This document shows positions 1 to 13,600 of a stretch of DNA of 64,000 nt, piece after piece. The stretch covers positions 105,516,342 through 105,580,341 of the forward strand of contig NC_068982.1 in the NCBI RefSeq assembly GCF_001194135.2, given 5' to 3'. Each line of letters starts with the position of its first letter. The first letter of the stretch is position 1. The DNA is from Octopus bimaculoides (lineage: Eukaryota). Under the pieces are notes generated by a model. That model searched no databases and was not told where the DNA came from. It worked only from the letters and a program-made list of their open reading frames with translations. The position numbers and the translations under genes were made by a program.

Positions 1-311
1 CTAACTACTAATCTATGTTGTGGGGTACATTCTTCGCCAGGGTAGGTTTTGGCATTTATAAGCCGCCCTCTTTCCCTATTTTTGGCGAGGATGTAGTCGA
101 TTTGGCTAGAGTGTCTGCTGGAGCGGTAGGTGACTAGGTGACTGGCAGGTTTCCTGAAGTTGGTATTGCAGACCATAAGATCGGTTGCATCACAGAACTC
201 CAGCAGTCTGGTTCCCTCCTCGTTGCGGGAACCGAAGCCATAGCCTCCATGTATGCCATGGAAGCCTCCAGCACGACGTCCGACATGACCGTTGAAGTCT
301 CCAGCCACAAA
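1..311 (-). mobile_element. RTE-clade LINE fragment, AP endonuclease domain
   Basis: Minus frame reads FVAGDFNGHVGRRAGGFHGIHGGYGFGSRNEEGTRLLEFCDATDLMVCNTNFRKP (GDFN motif typical of RTE APE). Confidence 0.9.
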
Positions 312-687
312 GAGACTTCAACGGTCATGTCGGACAGCAAAAAAATAGCAGCAACAATTTATAGTATTCAATGTGAAATGGGAAACGTTAGGTTTTTTTG
401 TAATGAAATAAGTAATACTGTCACCCAGCAGGTAATAATTTTGTCAGTGAACCTATTCCTTTTTTTTCTTGTCCTAAACTGGCTGGTGTTTATAATATCT
501 AATAAAATTTTATATCATTATGTTTTAATTTTTATGTTATGCTTTAATCTGTGTGTATTCACTATAATTTCTCTTGTTTTCATTTTTATCTTTTTGCAGT
601 TTTACATTATGCTTGGCTTTATGATAATCATAGAGTTAATTTTTGGAGTACTTATTTGGTTGTTATTCTCTGCCCCTGTGTCCACAG

Positions 688-788
688 AGAAGTTTATGGA
701 TCGTCCCCGACAGCGTCTCACACTAGCTTTGCATAAATACAAAGATGATAGAAAATTAAAGGCTTGGATTGATAGTATACAAACTGAG
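688..788 (+). CDS. TspanC8 tetraspanin (TSPAN33/5/14-like), internal exon (start of large extracellular loop); upstream exons lie outside the window
   Basis: ccacag|AG acceptor and GAG|gtatgt donor; encodes EKFMDRPRQRLTLALHKYKDDRKLKAWIDSIQTE (resembles tetraspanin YRDD-x-DLQ-xx-ID-xx-Q); ends phase 0, in frame with the next exon. Confidence 0.85.
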
Positions 789-1079
789 GTATGTTTCTTT
801 GAAGCTCTGTCAATGAATATTATTTTATATCAAAACACTGTAAAGAAACCATGCCAAAGAAGACACTGGAGAATGATGCAGCCCTTGGACCCATTAGACC
901 TTGTCAAACTGTCCAACCCTTGCCAGTATTGAACATGTATGTTAAATGATAATGATGATGTTGATGCTGATGATGGTGGTGGTGGTGACACATAATGTGC
1001 TAGAAGGTCACAGGTTATAGATCATTAAACAGACATCTCATAGATTATAAACTGACAAATAAAAGAGTATAAACCTATG

Positions 1080-1540
1080 GAAGATAGTTTTTATGCACCA
1101 AAGATAATATGCTGATGGATTATAGATTATAACTGACTGATTATAGACCTTAAACTGATAGAACATAGATAAAAAACTAGTGGATCATAAATCATACTCT
1201 GACAGAACATAGATCATAGATCATAGACAAGGAGACTATGGAAAGGTAATATTACATCATACATGCAAAGACTGACAGAACATACCATTTAGATTAATAA
1301 ATCAGATATTGCAAGCTACAAGTCATAGATCATAAGCTGATAAACTAATAGATCATAAACTGATGACAGATCATAGACTGACTGATCGTAGAATTATCAC
1401 TGGCTGACATCTTAGTCATAGACTGGCAGATTATAGACTGACAGATCACAGACTAACAGATCATTGATTGATAAATGTCATATTATTGAATGATAGACTG
1501 ACAGATCATAAACTGACAGATCATAGATCATAGATTCACA
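1080..1540. repeat. degenerate ~15-nt minisatellite (ACAGATCATAGACTG-like)
   Basis: Many imperfect copies of acagatcatagactg / gatcataaactg. Confidence 0.75.
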
Positions 1541-1779
1541 AATAAAAAATAACTTAGTGGAGTTAGTCTAATGTTTGATTTGGATTTTTTCCCAAATGCA
1601 ACAATTCAAATCAATAAATGCAATAGTTACAAAGAAAACATATGAAGGATGTGGTCAAACATGGGCTTGATCTTGATGATTAAAACAAACTAAAGAATTA
1701 AAAGAGCATATGACAGCTGATTACTATTCTGTAGACAAGTGATTGAAGAAGAGTGTTATCCCATATCTGCTTAACATTA

Positions 1780-2028
1780 CTATGAGAGTACATGGTCTAG
1801 TGGTTAGAGTGTTGCACTCATGATTGTGAGATCATGATTTCAATTCCTGGACTGGATGATGCATTGTGTTTTTGAGAAAAACACTTCATCTCATGTTGCT
1901 CTGCAATCACTTCGATGCTGATATGTGATACACTGTGCACCTGTTTAGACAATATCGATTTGATGGAAGGAGTGAGCTAATGTACAGCACAAACATTTGA
2001 GCACTATAAACACATCATTTGTGCAGGT
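1780..2028 (+). mobile_element. decayed tRNA-derived SINE
   Basis: tRNA-like head (tggtctagtggttagag...gatttcaattcct) followed by the body shared with 56275-56540. Confidence 0.65.
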
Positions 2029-3234
2029 TGAAACCAACAGGGATCCATTCATTTTCAGACATATTATCATAAAATGATTTCTCTCATAGTAAAATAATAG
2101 GAAATAATTGCTTTATATACTAAAGATTAGCTTCATATTCAGTAATGTTAAATGATGGTAGTCTCTTGTTGTCTGAGAAACATGGTTCTGCATTTTCTTG
2201 AGTGATTGAGATGTGGATTTGGGAGGAAAGAGAGAAATAAATGCTACAAACATATTTAGTAGAGTTTTGTATATTTTTGCATCAGAAAATTTTTGATTTG
2301 CTGTGAGTAGTTTAGGCTAGGACAACCTTGCATGTAAACATTTTTTTGGAAACATTGATTTTAAGAAGTTTTAAGCTTAACCTGTTTAGAATCAATTGAC
2401 ATTTCTATATGGAATTGAATTTCTTCTGAATGGATGGTAGGCAATGACCTGACCTTTTAGAAAGTTATTAGCTACTGTCATTTTAATATTTATTCAGTCA
2501 AGATGCCAAAATCTATTCTGTTTCATGTTTATATTTTTTGACTGAATTTAATATGATGGAAGTCTAAGTAACAGTAACAATATTTAACTGTCTTTTTAAA
2601 ATGTTACATTCAGATGTATATGCAATATATATGTGTATGCAATATATAGTCAAAAAGTGTACCTTGCAATCATAAGGTTCTAGGTTCAACCCTACTATGT
2701 GTCATCTTGGAGCAAATGTCTTTTTCTATAACCTTGTGTCAACTCAAGCCTTGTGAGTGAAGGGTAGAGAGAAAGTGTGTGAAAGTCCATTGAATGGATT
2801 GTATCTGTAATTCAAAGTTTCAGTGTTGTCACTTACTGTCATGTTGATTCTACTCATCTGAGAATTATGTTAAAAGTACATGTGCCTATGGAATATTCAA
2901 CCACTTATGCACTAATTTGATGAGCAGAAAATTCAATTGATCAAACAGCTGAATACCCATCGTTGAAACCAACAGGGATCCATTTATTCTCAGACACATT
3001 ATCATAAAATGATTTCACTCATGATAAAATAATAGGAAATAATTGCCTTATATATCACAATTTAGCTTCCTATTCAGTAATGTTAAGTGATGGTAGTCAC
3101 TTGTAGTTGGAGAAAGATGGTTCTGCAGTTTCTTGCTGAACGATTTGTGGAAATGTTAAGCAGATATGAGATAACACTCTCCTTCAGTGAAATACTAGTA
3201 TATCACAGGTAATATTTCTAGAAATATTAAAGTG

Positions 3235-3450
3235 GTGAGCTTGTAGAATTGTTAACTTGCTGAGCAAAATGCTTTGTAGCATTTCATCCATTTTTACATT
3301 CTAGGTTCAAATTTCACTGAGGTCCCACTTTGCCTTTCATCCATTTGGGGTTGATAAAATAAGTACCAGTTGAGTACTGGGATTGATGTTATAGACTTAA
3401 CCCTTCCCCCCAAAATTGCTGGTATTGTGCCAAAATTTGAAACCAATATT
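3235..3450 (+). mobile_element. SINE family with the gactttgcctttcatcc...gataaaataagtaccag core
   Basis: Same core recurs at about 16470-16590, 16660-16870, 38610-38815 and 51465-51650. Confidence 0.75.
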
Positions 3451-4429
3451 TCTAGAAGTATTGGTATCTATGGCACACTCTAAAGGAAACATTGAGTTAT
3501 GTTGACCAGTTATAAATTCAAGAAAATGTCTATTGTAGATATAAATTCATTGGCCCACAAATAAGTTGATAGACACAAACATCTGTCTGGTCTAAGCATG
3601 TTTATAAAACTTAAACAAAGGAGAAAGATATGCATTCAGGACCATTTTTGGAGCCTCCGAGATTAGTAGAAGGAAGGCTGGAATTTATCCTCAGTCACGT
3701 GGCTCAAATGTTTACCGCAGAGTGGACTCTACTGAAATCACCCACGACCCAGACAGTGGTGTGAAACTGGGCAATGAACTAAATCTATCACCCACGGGCA
3801 AAAAAAAAAGACTCCCTGATGAGCTTCTGCAAATTTTCCTTCCACCAAGTTTTGCTCATAAAGCAATGAAATTTGGTAGAAAGAAACTGTGTGGAAACTA
3901 TGGTAGAAGGCACTTTAGGTTCACTTTATTGCTGATGTGAGAGAGTGAACCCTAGACCACATAATTGTGAAGTAAACTTCCTCCCCACACAACCTTCCTT
4001 TACCCTTTTTGCTACAGCACTTCAAGATTAGTTGACCCATATTTCACCAAATTAACATGTCCAGATGTCCCAGTTTTATGGTATTCATCCTAGAATTAAA
4101 CAATAATCTGATGTCCTGAAAGAATACTTCATGATGGTGTTTTGTTCTTTGTTTTTTTTTTTTTTTAATCTTAATATTAATTTCAAAAATAAATTGTTTT
4201 GTCTTCTTGTAAATATTTTTCAGTTTGTTTTTGTGTTGTTGTTTTTAAATTAAAAAAATTTGTTCATTCAATTATTTTAACCATCAACTTCAGAAATTAG
4301 TCATGTGCTTTTTATGTTTTTATACATCAGGATTTTAACCATTTTAAATTTAATTAATTTTTTAATAAATGATTTAGCGGAGCACACTATTTATAATTCT
4401 TATTCTCATACTTAAAAGGCATTTTATGA

Positions 4430-4529
4430 GTGTGAAAGTGTGAGTGCATTTGTGTGTGCATGTGTGTGCATGTGCATGCATATTGAGTGTGTATGTGCAT
4501 GTGTATGCATGTGCATGTCTATGCATATG

Positions 4530-4613
<84 letters not shown>

Positions 4614-4645
4614 TGTCTGTGTGTCTGTGTGCACATGTGTGTAAA
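4430..4645. repeat. (GT)n / GTGCAT microsatellite
   Basis: Long perfect GT run about 4532-4611 with degenerate flanks; similar (CA)n/(GT)n runs at 6410, 18800, 19821, 20645, 21881. Confidence 0.95.
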
Positions 4646-5704
4646 CTGATATCTTACCTGTCTTATTTGTGTATTGGAAAATATGATCTTTTCACGATAC
4701 AATTATGTCATTAACTGAGTTATTTGAAATGTCTTCCATCAGTCATACATGTATCTGCCTTGTTTAAAACTGAGAATTGTGACTTATATTTACTTTTTTC
4801 TGTAGATTTGAGCAAATTTTACTCCTTCACTACTTTTTTTATTGTTTATAATATTTGTGCATATTTCAAGTGAAATCACTTAGCTTACAAAAGCTGTAGT
4901 ATTTTTGACATTTGTAAATTCCATTCAAATGGCAAGGATTTGGAAATACTTATTTAATTTCTATTCATAACTACTTAAAAGATGGGCTTTATATCCGTGT
5001 GTATCTCTGTACAGCCAGATGACTGCGCCATTGGGTACTAAAATTGCCATATACACAGTACAGTACCAACAACAGAATATGACTTGTTGACCAGCTAGCA
5101 GGCTTGGTCAGCTGCAAATTTCTGTCTAGTATTTTGACAGAAATGAAATTTAGCTTTTTGTTTGATACTATGTTTATGACTCACTAATTATTCAGCTAAG
5201 AATCAACATATACAGTATATTGTGATTACAGTAAAGTGACACCTTAACTTATTAATACTTTACTTCATTAATTCTACTTCACTGATGTACAATGAAGCAA
5301 ACAGTGAACTAATACTGTATTTTCTAGCATATAAGTCAACGTAGAATACAAGGTAAACATGTAGTGTAAACATTCAAGCATTGTCACTGTCTTTCCAAGT
5401 CCTGCCACCTTTCACATGGAAGTTTTCCTCCTCCAAAGATGTCTTGGTGAATAAGTTTGAGCTACTTTTTTTGACAATAAATTTTGGTCTGGAAAATTTG
5501 ACTTGTATTCTGGAAAATATGATATTGTTTTGTTACAGAACTGTAGAATTAATGCAAAGTAAAGAATCAAATAGCTGCTTTATATTACCTAGTATGATTT
5601 TATAACAATATAAGCACCTAGTACGATTATAATAATATAGTCTCAATACAAGAATGGATTCACTATTGTCTAATATAAGTTTTTTTTCTTCTTGTCTTTT
5701 TTAG

Positions 5705-5839
5705 TTTAAATGCTGTGGCATATCTCACAGTGAATATGGTTATAGAGATTGGCAAGCTAATATCTATTTCAACTGCTCTCGGTTTAATCCAAGTTCAGAA
5801 CGATGTGCAGTACCAATGTCTTGTTGTATTTTTAAATAT
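5705..5839 (+). CDS. TspanC8 tetraspanin exon with CCG motif
   Basis: tttttag|TTT acceptor and TAT|gtaagt donor; 135 nt, FKCCGISHSEYGYRDWQANIYFNCSRFNPSSERCAVPMSCCIFKY, matching the TspanC8 pattern CCG..DW..NIYFNC...N.S.ERC.VP.SCC. Confidence 0.95.
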
Positions 5840-6407
5840 GTAAGTTCAATCATTTTCCATCAATCTCATTTTATTCTATTCCCAGAATATTTATCTTATT
5901 ATAAAATTAAAGTCACATGATAATTTATCCTCTGAAAATCCAAACGCATATAATTCAGATATTATTTTCCATTTGAGAATCAGAACAAGTTCAGCAGGTC
6001 TAATGAAATGCCATGGATTTAGAAGAATTAAATGCTGCCTATATCAAGGAAAACAAAGAATGGGAAGAAGAATGGTTTCATTCTGATTATGATTGTCAAT
6101 ACTCTAGTTCTGAGTATTTAATCAGCTCAATATGTCATTAGATGTAAGGGAATGTGACCTAAATAGATTATCAATTTTTTTTTTTTGTATTCTTCATTCA
6201 TTTTTACGTTTATTTGTTTGATCAAGAAGAGAAAGTTGTATTCATAACCATTGCAGACACTTTGAAACTGATAAAATTTCTATCATTAATGTTTTACTTG
6301 AACTGTTGCAAGTTGGCAGCTACAGAAAAATAAATAAATAAAGGCATGCAGGGAGAGAATGCCTGAAAGCCAACGTCCTAAGAAGGCAGGACTGGATGTA
6401 ATGGGTA

Positions 6408-6448
<41 letters not shown>

Positions 6449-7734
6449 TACATTATATGTGTATTGAGATAGCTTAGATTTTGGAGGCACACTGTGTACA
6501 CGTTTATATTTAGAAGGAGTTTCTTTGTCAATATGGCTCAAGTTTAGCTGAGATACTTCCTGACTTGTTTCTTCTGAAAATCCTCAAATATTGACTCAAC
6601 ATTTATACTTACCAAGTGTGCACAAATGTGTAGAAAAATGGCAGAGAATCATGGAATCTGAATGCCTTCGGAAGTACCTGGATCTTGGCAGCAAAACATT
6701 AACTGAAGGAGTTCCTGAACAGAGGTGTTATTGTACTCAGACTAACAAGAGCAGAGATATCTTCTCCATTCTACTCCAGTCCAACGAGTGTCTTTAGTAC
6801 TACTAATCTTTCTTAATTACATTACTTAGATGTGAGTTTAGTAAATGTTTTTATGAAAGAGTTAAGTGAAATTGTAACCAAGTGCTATGATTTGTGAAAA
6901 TTGAGTCTTGAAAGTTGTGAAATAAATGATGCTGTGTGTAGTTATATTAGTGAAAACTCAAGGTTCTGGATATGTGTACGACCAGAGGAATCACAGATGA
7001 TAGTCTCATGCCTATTGCTTCGTACTGTCGAAAACTGGCATCTTTAAATCTTGCCTGGATGAGACTTGAACAACACAGCTTCATGTGTCTTAGCTTATGT
7101 TTACCTGAAAGTTTACTCAAAATAAATTCTAAATATTAGTGGGCTCTGAGAAAATTTGACAGATGAATACATTATCCAGTTCTAGAAGACTTCCCAACCT
7201 TTGATTTCAGTGATTCCTCATTTATCAAAGAAAATTCTGTCAATGTAATTATTTGTTTGAAGAACTTAGATCACCTTTCTTTGACAAGATGTAATCATAT
7301 CTTACAAGTTTTACTTAATTCCTTGAGAAACTTACCTCAGATGTCTTTAACATTTATAGAATGTTACCTGATGGAATGTTGCAACATCTCAGTAATGTCC
7401 TTAGTAAAGTGGCGATAAATAAATGTCCCTTCCCAAAGATTTCTCAGCTTATGACTGCTGTCCATAGAACCAGTATCTAGGGATAAAGAGTCAGAGATAA
7501 TCTTCTATGAAGTTCTTGTGATTAATCTTCTTTTCTTTTTCTTCTTTCACCACTCATTTCTCAGCCACTCATCATTAACATTTTAATTGAACTGATATAA
7601 ATAAATGCAAGGAAGGCCATTATTCTCAGATGTTTGTTCTTGAATCTCAGCAGTTGAAAGAATTAACTTACAGATCTTTGTTGTACCACTCAGGCTGGGA
7701 TTTCTACCATGATTCATGATAGCGCATTGTATTA

Positions 7735-8090
7735 TTATATTCTAATCTCTTTGTATTTCATAAAGGAGGTCATGAATAAGAGATTCAAAACATTTGAATT
7801 GGCAGAAAATTGGTGCAGATTAAAGAGGCAGCCAGAAGATTGATACCAGAGAGCTAACCTCAGCAAAAGCATGAGTAAAAGTAGCAGCAAAGTACAAAGA
7901 AAAGAGAGTTGGGGCAAGAATGTCACCCTGCTTGACACCATTCTCTACAGGGATGGGTCCTGCCATGCCACCACCAACATTGACCCAAGCCTCCATTCCA
8001 TCGTGCAATGATTTAATTATAGATGCAAAGTGATCACATATAATAGACATGGACATACTCAAACACCTCATCAACCAAATATCACCATCA
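7735..8090 (-). mobile_element. RTE-clade LINE reverse transcriptase fragment
   Basis: IIKSLHDGMEAWVNVGGGMAGPIPVENGVKQGDILAPTLFSLYF (GVKQG..LAPTLF motif). Confidence 0.85.
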
Positions 8091-8099
8091 CACATTTAT

Positions 8100-8500
8100 A
8101 TACTCTTTTACTTGTTTCAGTCATTTGACTGCGGCCATGCTGGAGCACCACCTTTAGTCGAGCAAATCAACCCCAGAACTTATTCTTTGTAAGCCTAGTA
8201 CTTATTCTATCGGTCTCTTTTTGCCGAACCGCTAAATTACGGGGACGTAAACACACCACCATCGGTTGTCAAGCGATGGTGGGGGGACAAACATAGACAC
8301 CCAAACGCACATACATACATATATATATACATATATTCGACGGGCGTCTTTCAGTTTCCGTCTTCCAAATCCACTCACAAGGCTTTGGTCGGCCCGTGGC
8401 TATAGTAGAAGACACTTGCCCAAGGTGCCACGCAGTGGGACTGAACCCAGAACAATGTAGCTGGTAAGCAAGCTACTTACCACACAGCCACTCCTGTGCC
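8100..8500 (-). mobile_element. tRNA-derived SINE with an internal (TA/CA)n tract
   Basis: tRNA-like head and tail ...cagcatggccgcagtcaaatgactgaaacaagtaaaagag; related copies near 10835-11050, 30015-30490, 49170-50335, 54235-54330. Confidence 0.8.
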
Positions 8501-9409
8501 TATAAATATAAATACATTTTTTAAAAAATAAATTTTTGCTAAATTTTATTAAAGGGCACCCTGTCTCATGGAACCTCTTCCTCACCACCAGAAATTTTTC
8601 AAGGAATGATGGAGTTACTTGGACCTCATTTGGGAAATGCAACTATGGATCAATCATAGCAATCAAATTTTATTTCTTTCATAATGATTTTCAGATGTTT
8701 CATCCTTCAGGGATATTAATTTTCTACATATATTTAGTCATTTATGAACGAATTTTCTAAAGTAATTTTTCAGATAAAATCATCTAGTGACTTATTATCC
8801 ATTCACTGGATAATTGCTTGATTGATTTTTTGTTATACCAACATGTTTTTATAATGCTAAATATACAAATCTATTTACATGTTGTCAACATGATTGAGTT
8901 TTCTGTTTAACGGAGTTGTTCTTTATTTAATTACTAGATAATTACTTGATTGATTTTTCTTGTTTTGTTTACATATTTCCAAAATATCATAAGTACAAAT
9001 CTGTTTACATGCTGTCAACATGGTTGATATTTAGTTGTAGCTAGAAGGTACATGTTTACACATTTATTTTAAAGTAATAGCTAATAGTGGTCCAGCTATA
9101 TTTTGAAATAGGAAACGTATCACTATTTAGTGAACAATAACCCTTAACTTACACACAGGCACACATCTGGTATCTGGCCTCCTCTTCCTCCTCATCTCCA
9201 TCATTGGCATCACCATCACCATCGCCACCATCGCTGCCATCGCCGTCATTGTCGTCGTCGTTGTCATCATCATCATCATCATAATCATCAGTGCCATTAG
9301 GAATTCACAGCACATATCAAAATAGACTGTCAACACATGGACCTATAGATAGTCATATGATCTGCTAGACATAGCAGCCACAGTTCTCTCAAATAACATC
9401 ATTTTTTAA

Positions 9410-9630
9410 CCCTTTAGTGTTTGCATTATTCTGCCAAAATTAATGCTTTTTCATCCACATTGTTTTGAACTAATCATGCATTATCTTGTAGCTATAAGAT
9501 TTTGATGAGGTAGCTGTTAATTTTTAAAACGATATTGTAGGGTTGGTGTGAGAGACCAGATTTGGCCAGTTTGAACATAAAACAAGCAGAATACTTTTGG
9601 CCGGATATGGCCGGTTTAAATGCTAAAGGG
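9410..9630. mobile_element. piggyBac-type MITE
   Basis: TTAA on both sides (9406-9409, 9631-9634); TIRs CCCTTTAG.../...CTAAAGGG; partial second copy about 29181-29384. Confidence 0.85.
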
Positions 9631-11298
9631 TTAAAAAAGCAGTGGCACATTAAATAATGTAGGGATAGCTATAGCTGGAAAACCTTTTGATCATAGGTTT
9701 GCTCGAATATTATTATGATAGACTATTGCCATTTGTATGAACAAATGTCTGTTGATCATAAAATAAACATTGTTTTGCTATTAGTGGTCTAACAAGGTAT
9801 ATTTTGTTCATAATGCTAATTTCATGATCCTGCATTGCATTTAACTGAGAAGAGACATTTATGTAATGGTTGTGGTAAAAGCTGCAAATCATCAGCTGGA
9901 CTAAAAAGTCATCTTTGCTTTGCAGCTCATTTTGACTGTTTTCTATCTTCTACATGTGTGTGCACATGTGTTTATGTGTGTTCATATGTTTGTGTCAGTG
10001 CTTATGCATATGTTTATGCATGTGTTTATATGTGTGTGAGAGATTACTTAAGTTTTTATTCTACTTCTATCAGTTTTGGTAAATTGACTGATAATAAAAA
10101 CTAAAATTCAATAAAAAAGAATTAAAATAAAAAATTAATTTAAAAAAATCTAACTTATGTATTTTAACATTTTTGTATTGGTTGATACCAGTGTCTTTAA
10201 AAAAGAGTTCTTAGAAAAAGAATACTTTATTAATCTGAAGACTAACACTTGTGATAATAGAATTATAGATAATTGACATTAATTAAGAGTAAAATTGAAA
10301 ATTGTATGAAAAGAAGAAATACAGTAAACGAATCACAGCTTCCATTCTTGACATCCATAATGGAGCATATAGCTTGAAATCTGATAAGATTAAAGGAATC
10401 TCATAGAATAATTAAAGACTAAAAAGAGTTTCTGATCTTTCATTTCCATAATCACCTGGAATATTTTGTCTGTATTATATTGGTTTAGACAAAGCTAAAA
10501 TTTTATTTAAGCCATTTAGTTTCAAATCTTTTTTTTTTTTTGTCTTTGCTTTATTTTTCTCTCTATTCTTTATTTATTTCTGTATTGTATGAGTAGCTGT
10601 TGCATTTGAGCTTCCAATTTAAATCCTTCTGTGCTTGTATCATTCGTATCATAGATAATTTTATGTGAGTAAATGATATTTGCTAATTAATTCTTGGTTA
10701 TTTTCGTGTGTTGCTGTCAGTCAGGAAAGTGATAGATATGAACTCTGAGATAGATTACATAATTTGTGGTCCTCAGTTTGGCGTCTCACATTTCTGAGTT
10801 CGGACATTGGAATGGTTTTTCAGTCTTTCATTTCATCTTTATCTTTCACTTGTTTCAGTCATTATACTGTGGCCATACTGGAGCACCATCTTGAAGAAGT
10901 TTAGTCAAGAAGTTAGACCACAGAAACTATAATTTTTTTTTTAAAGCTTGGTATTTATTTTATCAGTCTCTTTGGCTGAACTGCTAAGTTACAAAGATGT
11001 AAACACATCAACCCAGGTTGTCAAGCAGTGGTGGGAGTGGGGGCTAAACATGAATGCAAAGAGACACACACACACACGCATGCGCGCACACACACACCTC
11101 TCTTTTACACACATATTCACACTTCAAATGCCGTTTATTGGCTTTTACACTCCTTCCTTCATTATTCATCTATCACCCCTTCCTTTCTCATTCATACAAT
11201 GCTCTCTTTGCCATTCATCTCCTCTACCTTCACCTCTCACTCAGAGTCTATTTTATATATGTATATATATATATTAAATTATCTCGCTGACATACTAC

Positions 11299-11541
11299 NN
11301 NNNNNNNNNNNNNNNNNNNNNNNNNNNNNNNNNNNNNNNNNNNNNNNNNNNNNNNNNNNNNNNNNNNNNNNNNNNNNNNNNNNNNNNNNNNNNNNNNNNN
11401 NNNNNNNNNNNNNNNNNNNNNNNNNNNNNNNNNNNNNNNNNNNNNNNNNNNNNNNNNNNNNNNNNNNNNNNNNNNNNNNNNNNNNNNNNNNNNNNNNNNN
11501 NNNNNNNNNNNNNNNNNNNNNNNNNNNNNNNNNNNNNNNNN
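11299..11541. other. assembly gap (others: 12468-12543, 15046-15055, 19746-19820, 26637-26996, 49812-49890, 61884-62391)
   Basis: Runs of N, mostly flanked by microsatellites or duplicated contig ends. Confidence 1.
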
Positions 11542-11574
<33 letters not shown>

Positions 11575-12949
11575 CGTGTATGTGTGTGTGTGTGTGCGTG
11601 TGTGTGTGTGTGTGTGTAAACAGAGATAGCAGTTATAGTAACCGACTAAGGGATAAAAAATCCATATATACTATCAGTATCTATTAACTGTATCATCCCT
11701 GGGCAATGGTGTGCAGGCACACCATACACACAGAGTGCAGATAACAACAACGTAAACAAGAGTTTATCAGGAACCAATGCAAATAATTAGGAAATGGTGA
11801 AAACCACAGATTAATCAACACATCGGCTGGACCACATTTATCGCTTATTTTTTAATACAAAGCATGACATAATAAAATAGGTAACATGACATATCTTAGA
11901 TCCATTACTGATCAGATTGCCAAAATGCAGTCTATACATAAATGCAAGAGTAAAATTCATCTTTATAGGGCATTCAAATTAAGGCAATTGATCTTCATCA
12001 GAGTGAAAAACAAGAACATATAATATAAACAAAAGGAAGAAGGAAAAAGAAAGAATTAGTCTAGAAACCCAATACGTTAAGAGCAAATAATTATATACCA
12101 TCAGGGCTACAGGGTCGGTAGGTAGAAGAGTATATATATATATATATATACATAACATAGATAATATATAATTATATGCATATATCCATACATATATGTA
12201 CATACCGACATCCATATGTATACATACAAGCATATATGGGTACAGGACATCACAAAAAACGTTAAACACGAGAAACGAAATATATGTATATATATATATA
12301 TACACACACACAAATATATATATATATATATATACATATACAAATATATAAAAAGACAATGCTCATTATTATATTAGGAGATTATACATACATTTTAACA
12401 CTTTACAGTATACTTACATATATACATAATTCTATACATCAATCTAAAACAACAGGATTACTAAAGANNNNNNNNNNNNNNNNNNNNNNNNNNNNNNNNN
12501 NNNNNNNNNNNNNNNNNNNNNNNNNNNNNNNNNNNNNNNNNNNACCATCAGGGCTACAGGGTCGGTAGGTAGAAGAGTATATATATATATATATATACAT
12601 AACATAGATAATATATAATTATATGCATATATCCATACATATATGTACATACCGACATCCATATGTATACATACAAGCATATATGGGTACAGGACATCAC
12701 AAAAAACTTTAAACACGAGAAACGAAATATATGTATATATATATATATACACACACACAAATATATATATATATATATATACATATACAAATATATAAAA
12801 AGACAATGCTCATTATTATATTAGGAGATTATACATACATTTTAACACTTTACAGTATACTTACATATATACATAATTCTATACATCAATCTAAAACAAC
12901 AGGATTACTAAAGAAAGACCGGAATTTAAGAGAAGAAATAACCAAAAGG

Positions 12950-13600
12950 TCTCATGATATTCATTGAAGGATTTTATCTCATATTCTCTTTTTAAAAATC
13001 ATCTCTGGCTAATTGTTGAGAGGATGTTGGCATTGTGTTGGCAGAGGCTTGCACTCTCTGAATACTCTTGTTATATAATACTCTTGTTTTATAACAAACA
13101 TTCTCAGCTGCAAAGGACTTATTCTAAATTCTTCAGTTCATCTAAAAAATATAACATTTCTTCTGAACAAGAACTATCCAAATCTATTGAACAGAAAATT
13201 ATTTCTTTATTTGCTTAATTTTGTAAAACTTGAGCTCATCACAAATCTTGGGAGCCATATACACCACTAAAAGACATTTGATTCTTACTGTGGTTGTCTA
13301 CACTTTAAAAATGATATGTTCCATATTGTATGTTATGATATATTCTTCTTACTTAACTATTTGCTAACAGGTTTAGTGTTTAATGTAAAAAAAAATAACC
13401 AATGGGTGAGGGGCCAATATCTACAGACTTTTATTGACTGGAAATAGCAGTAACTGAGTGAACTTAGTGTAGTTAGTATTAAAATGGAATTGTTACATGT
13501 TATTGAGGTTAGAGTAGAAATGTGCATAGAAGATGATCGTGGAATACAGATCAAGGAAGTGAGGTTATTGGATAAAATATTTTATTTAAAGATTGGAAAG
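12950..13600 (-). mobile_element. possible highly decayed Penelope-like reverse transcriptase remnant
   Basis: Broken minus-strand frames such as QFHFNTNYTKFTQ and SEEMLYFLDELKNL resemble PLE RT palm/thumb segments; many stops. Confidence 0.3.

Noticed and set aside
138-932. 264-aa ORF in the ORF track
   Set aside because: Chimeric reading through antisense RTE sequence, T-rich intron and the real 688-788 exon; not a gene.
3755-3850. GAAAC ... CTGATGAG as a possible permuted hammerhead
   Set aside because: No UH cleavage triplet or consistent stems I and II could be formed.
12097-12914. ~370-bp tandem duplication (12097-12467 and 12544-12914)
   Set aside because: The copies flank an N-gap and differ by about one base, so this is most likely overlapping contig ends or two haplotypes.
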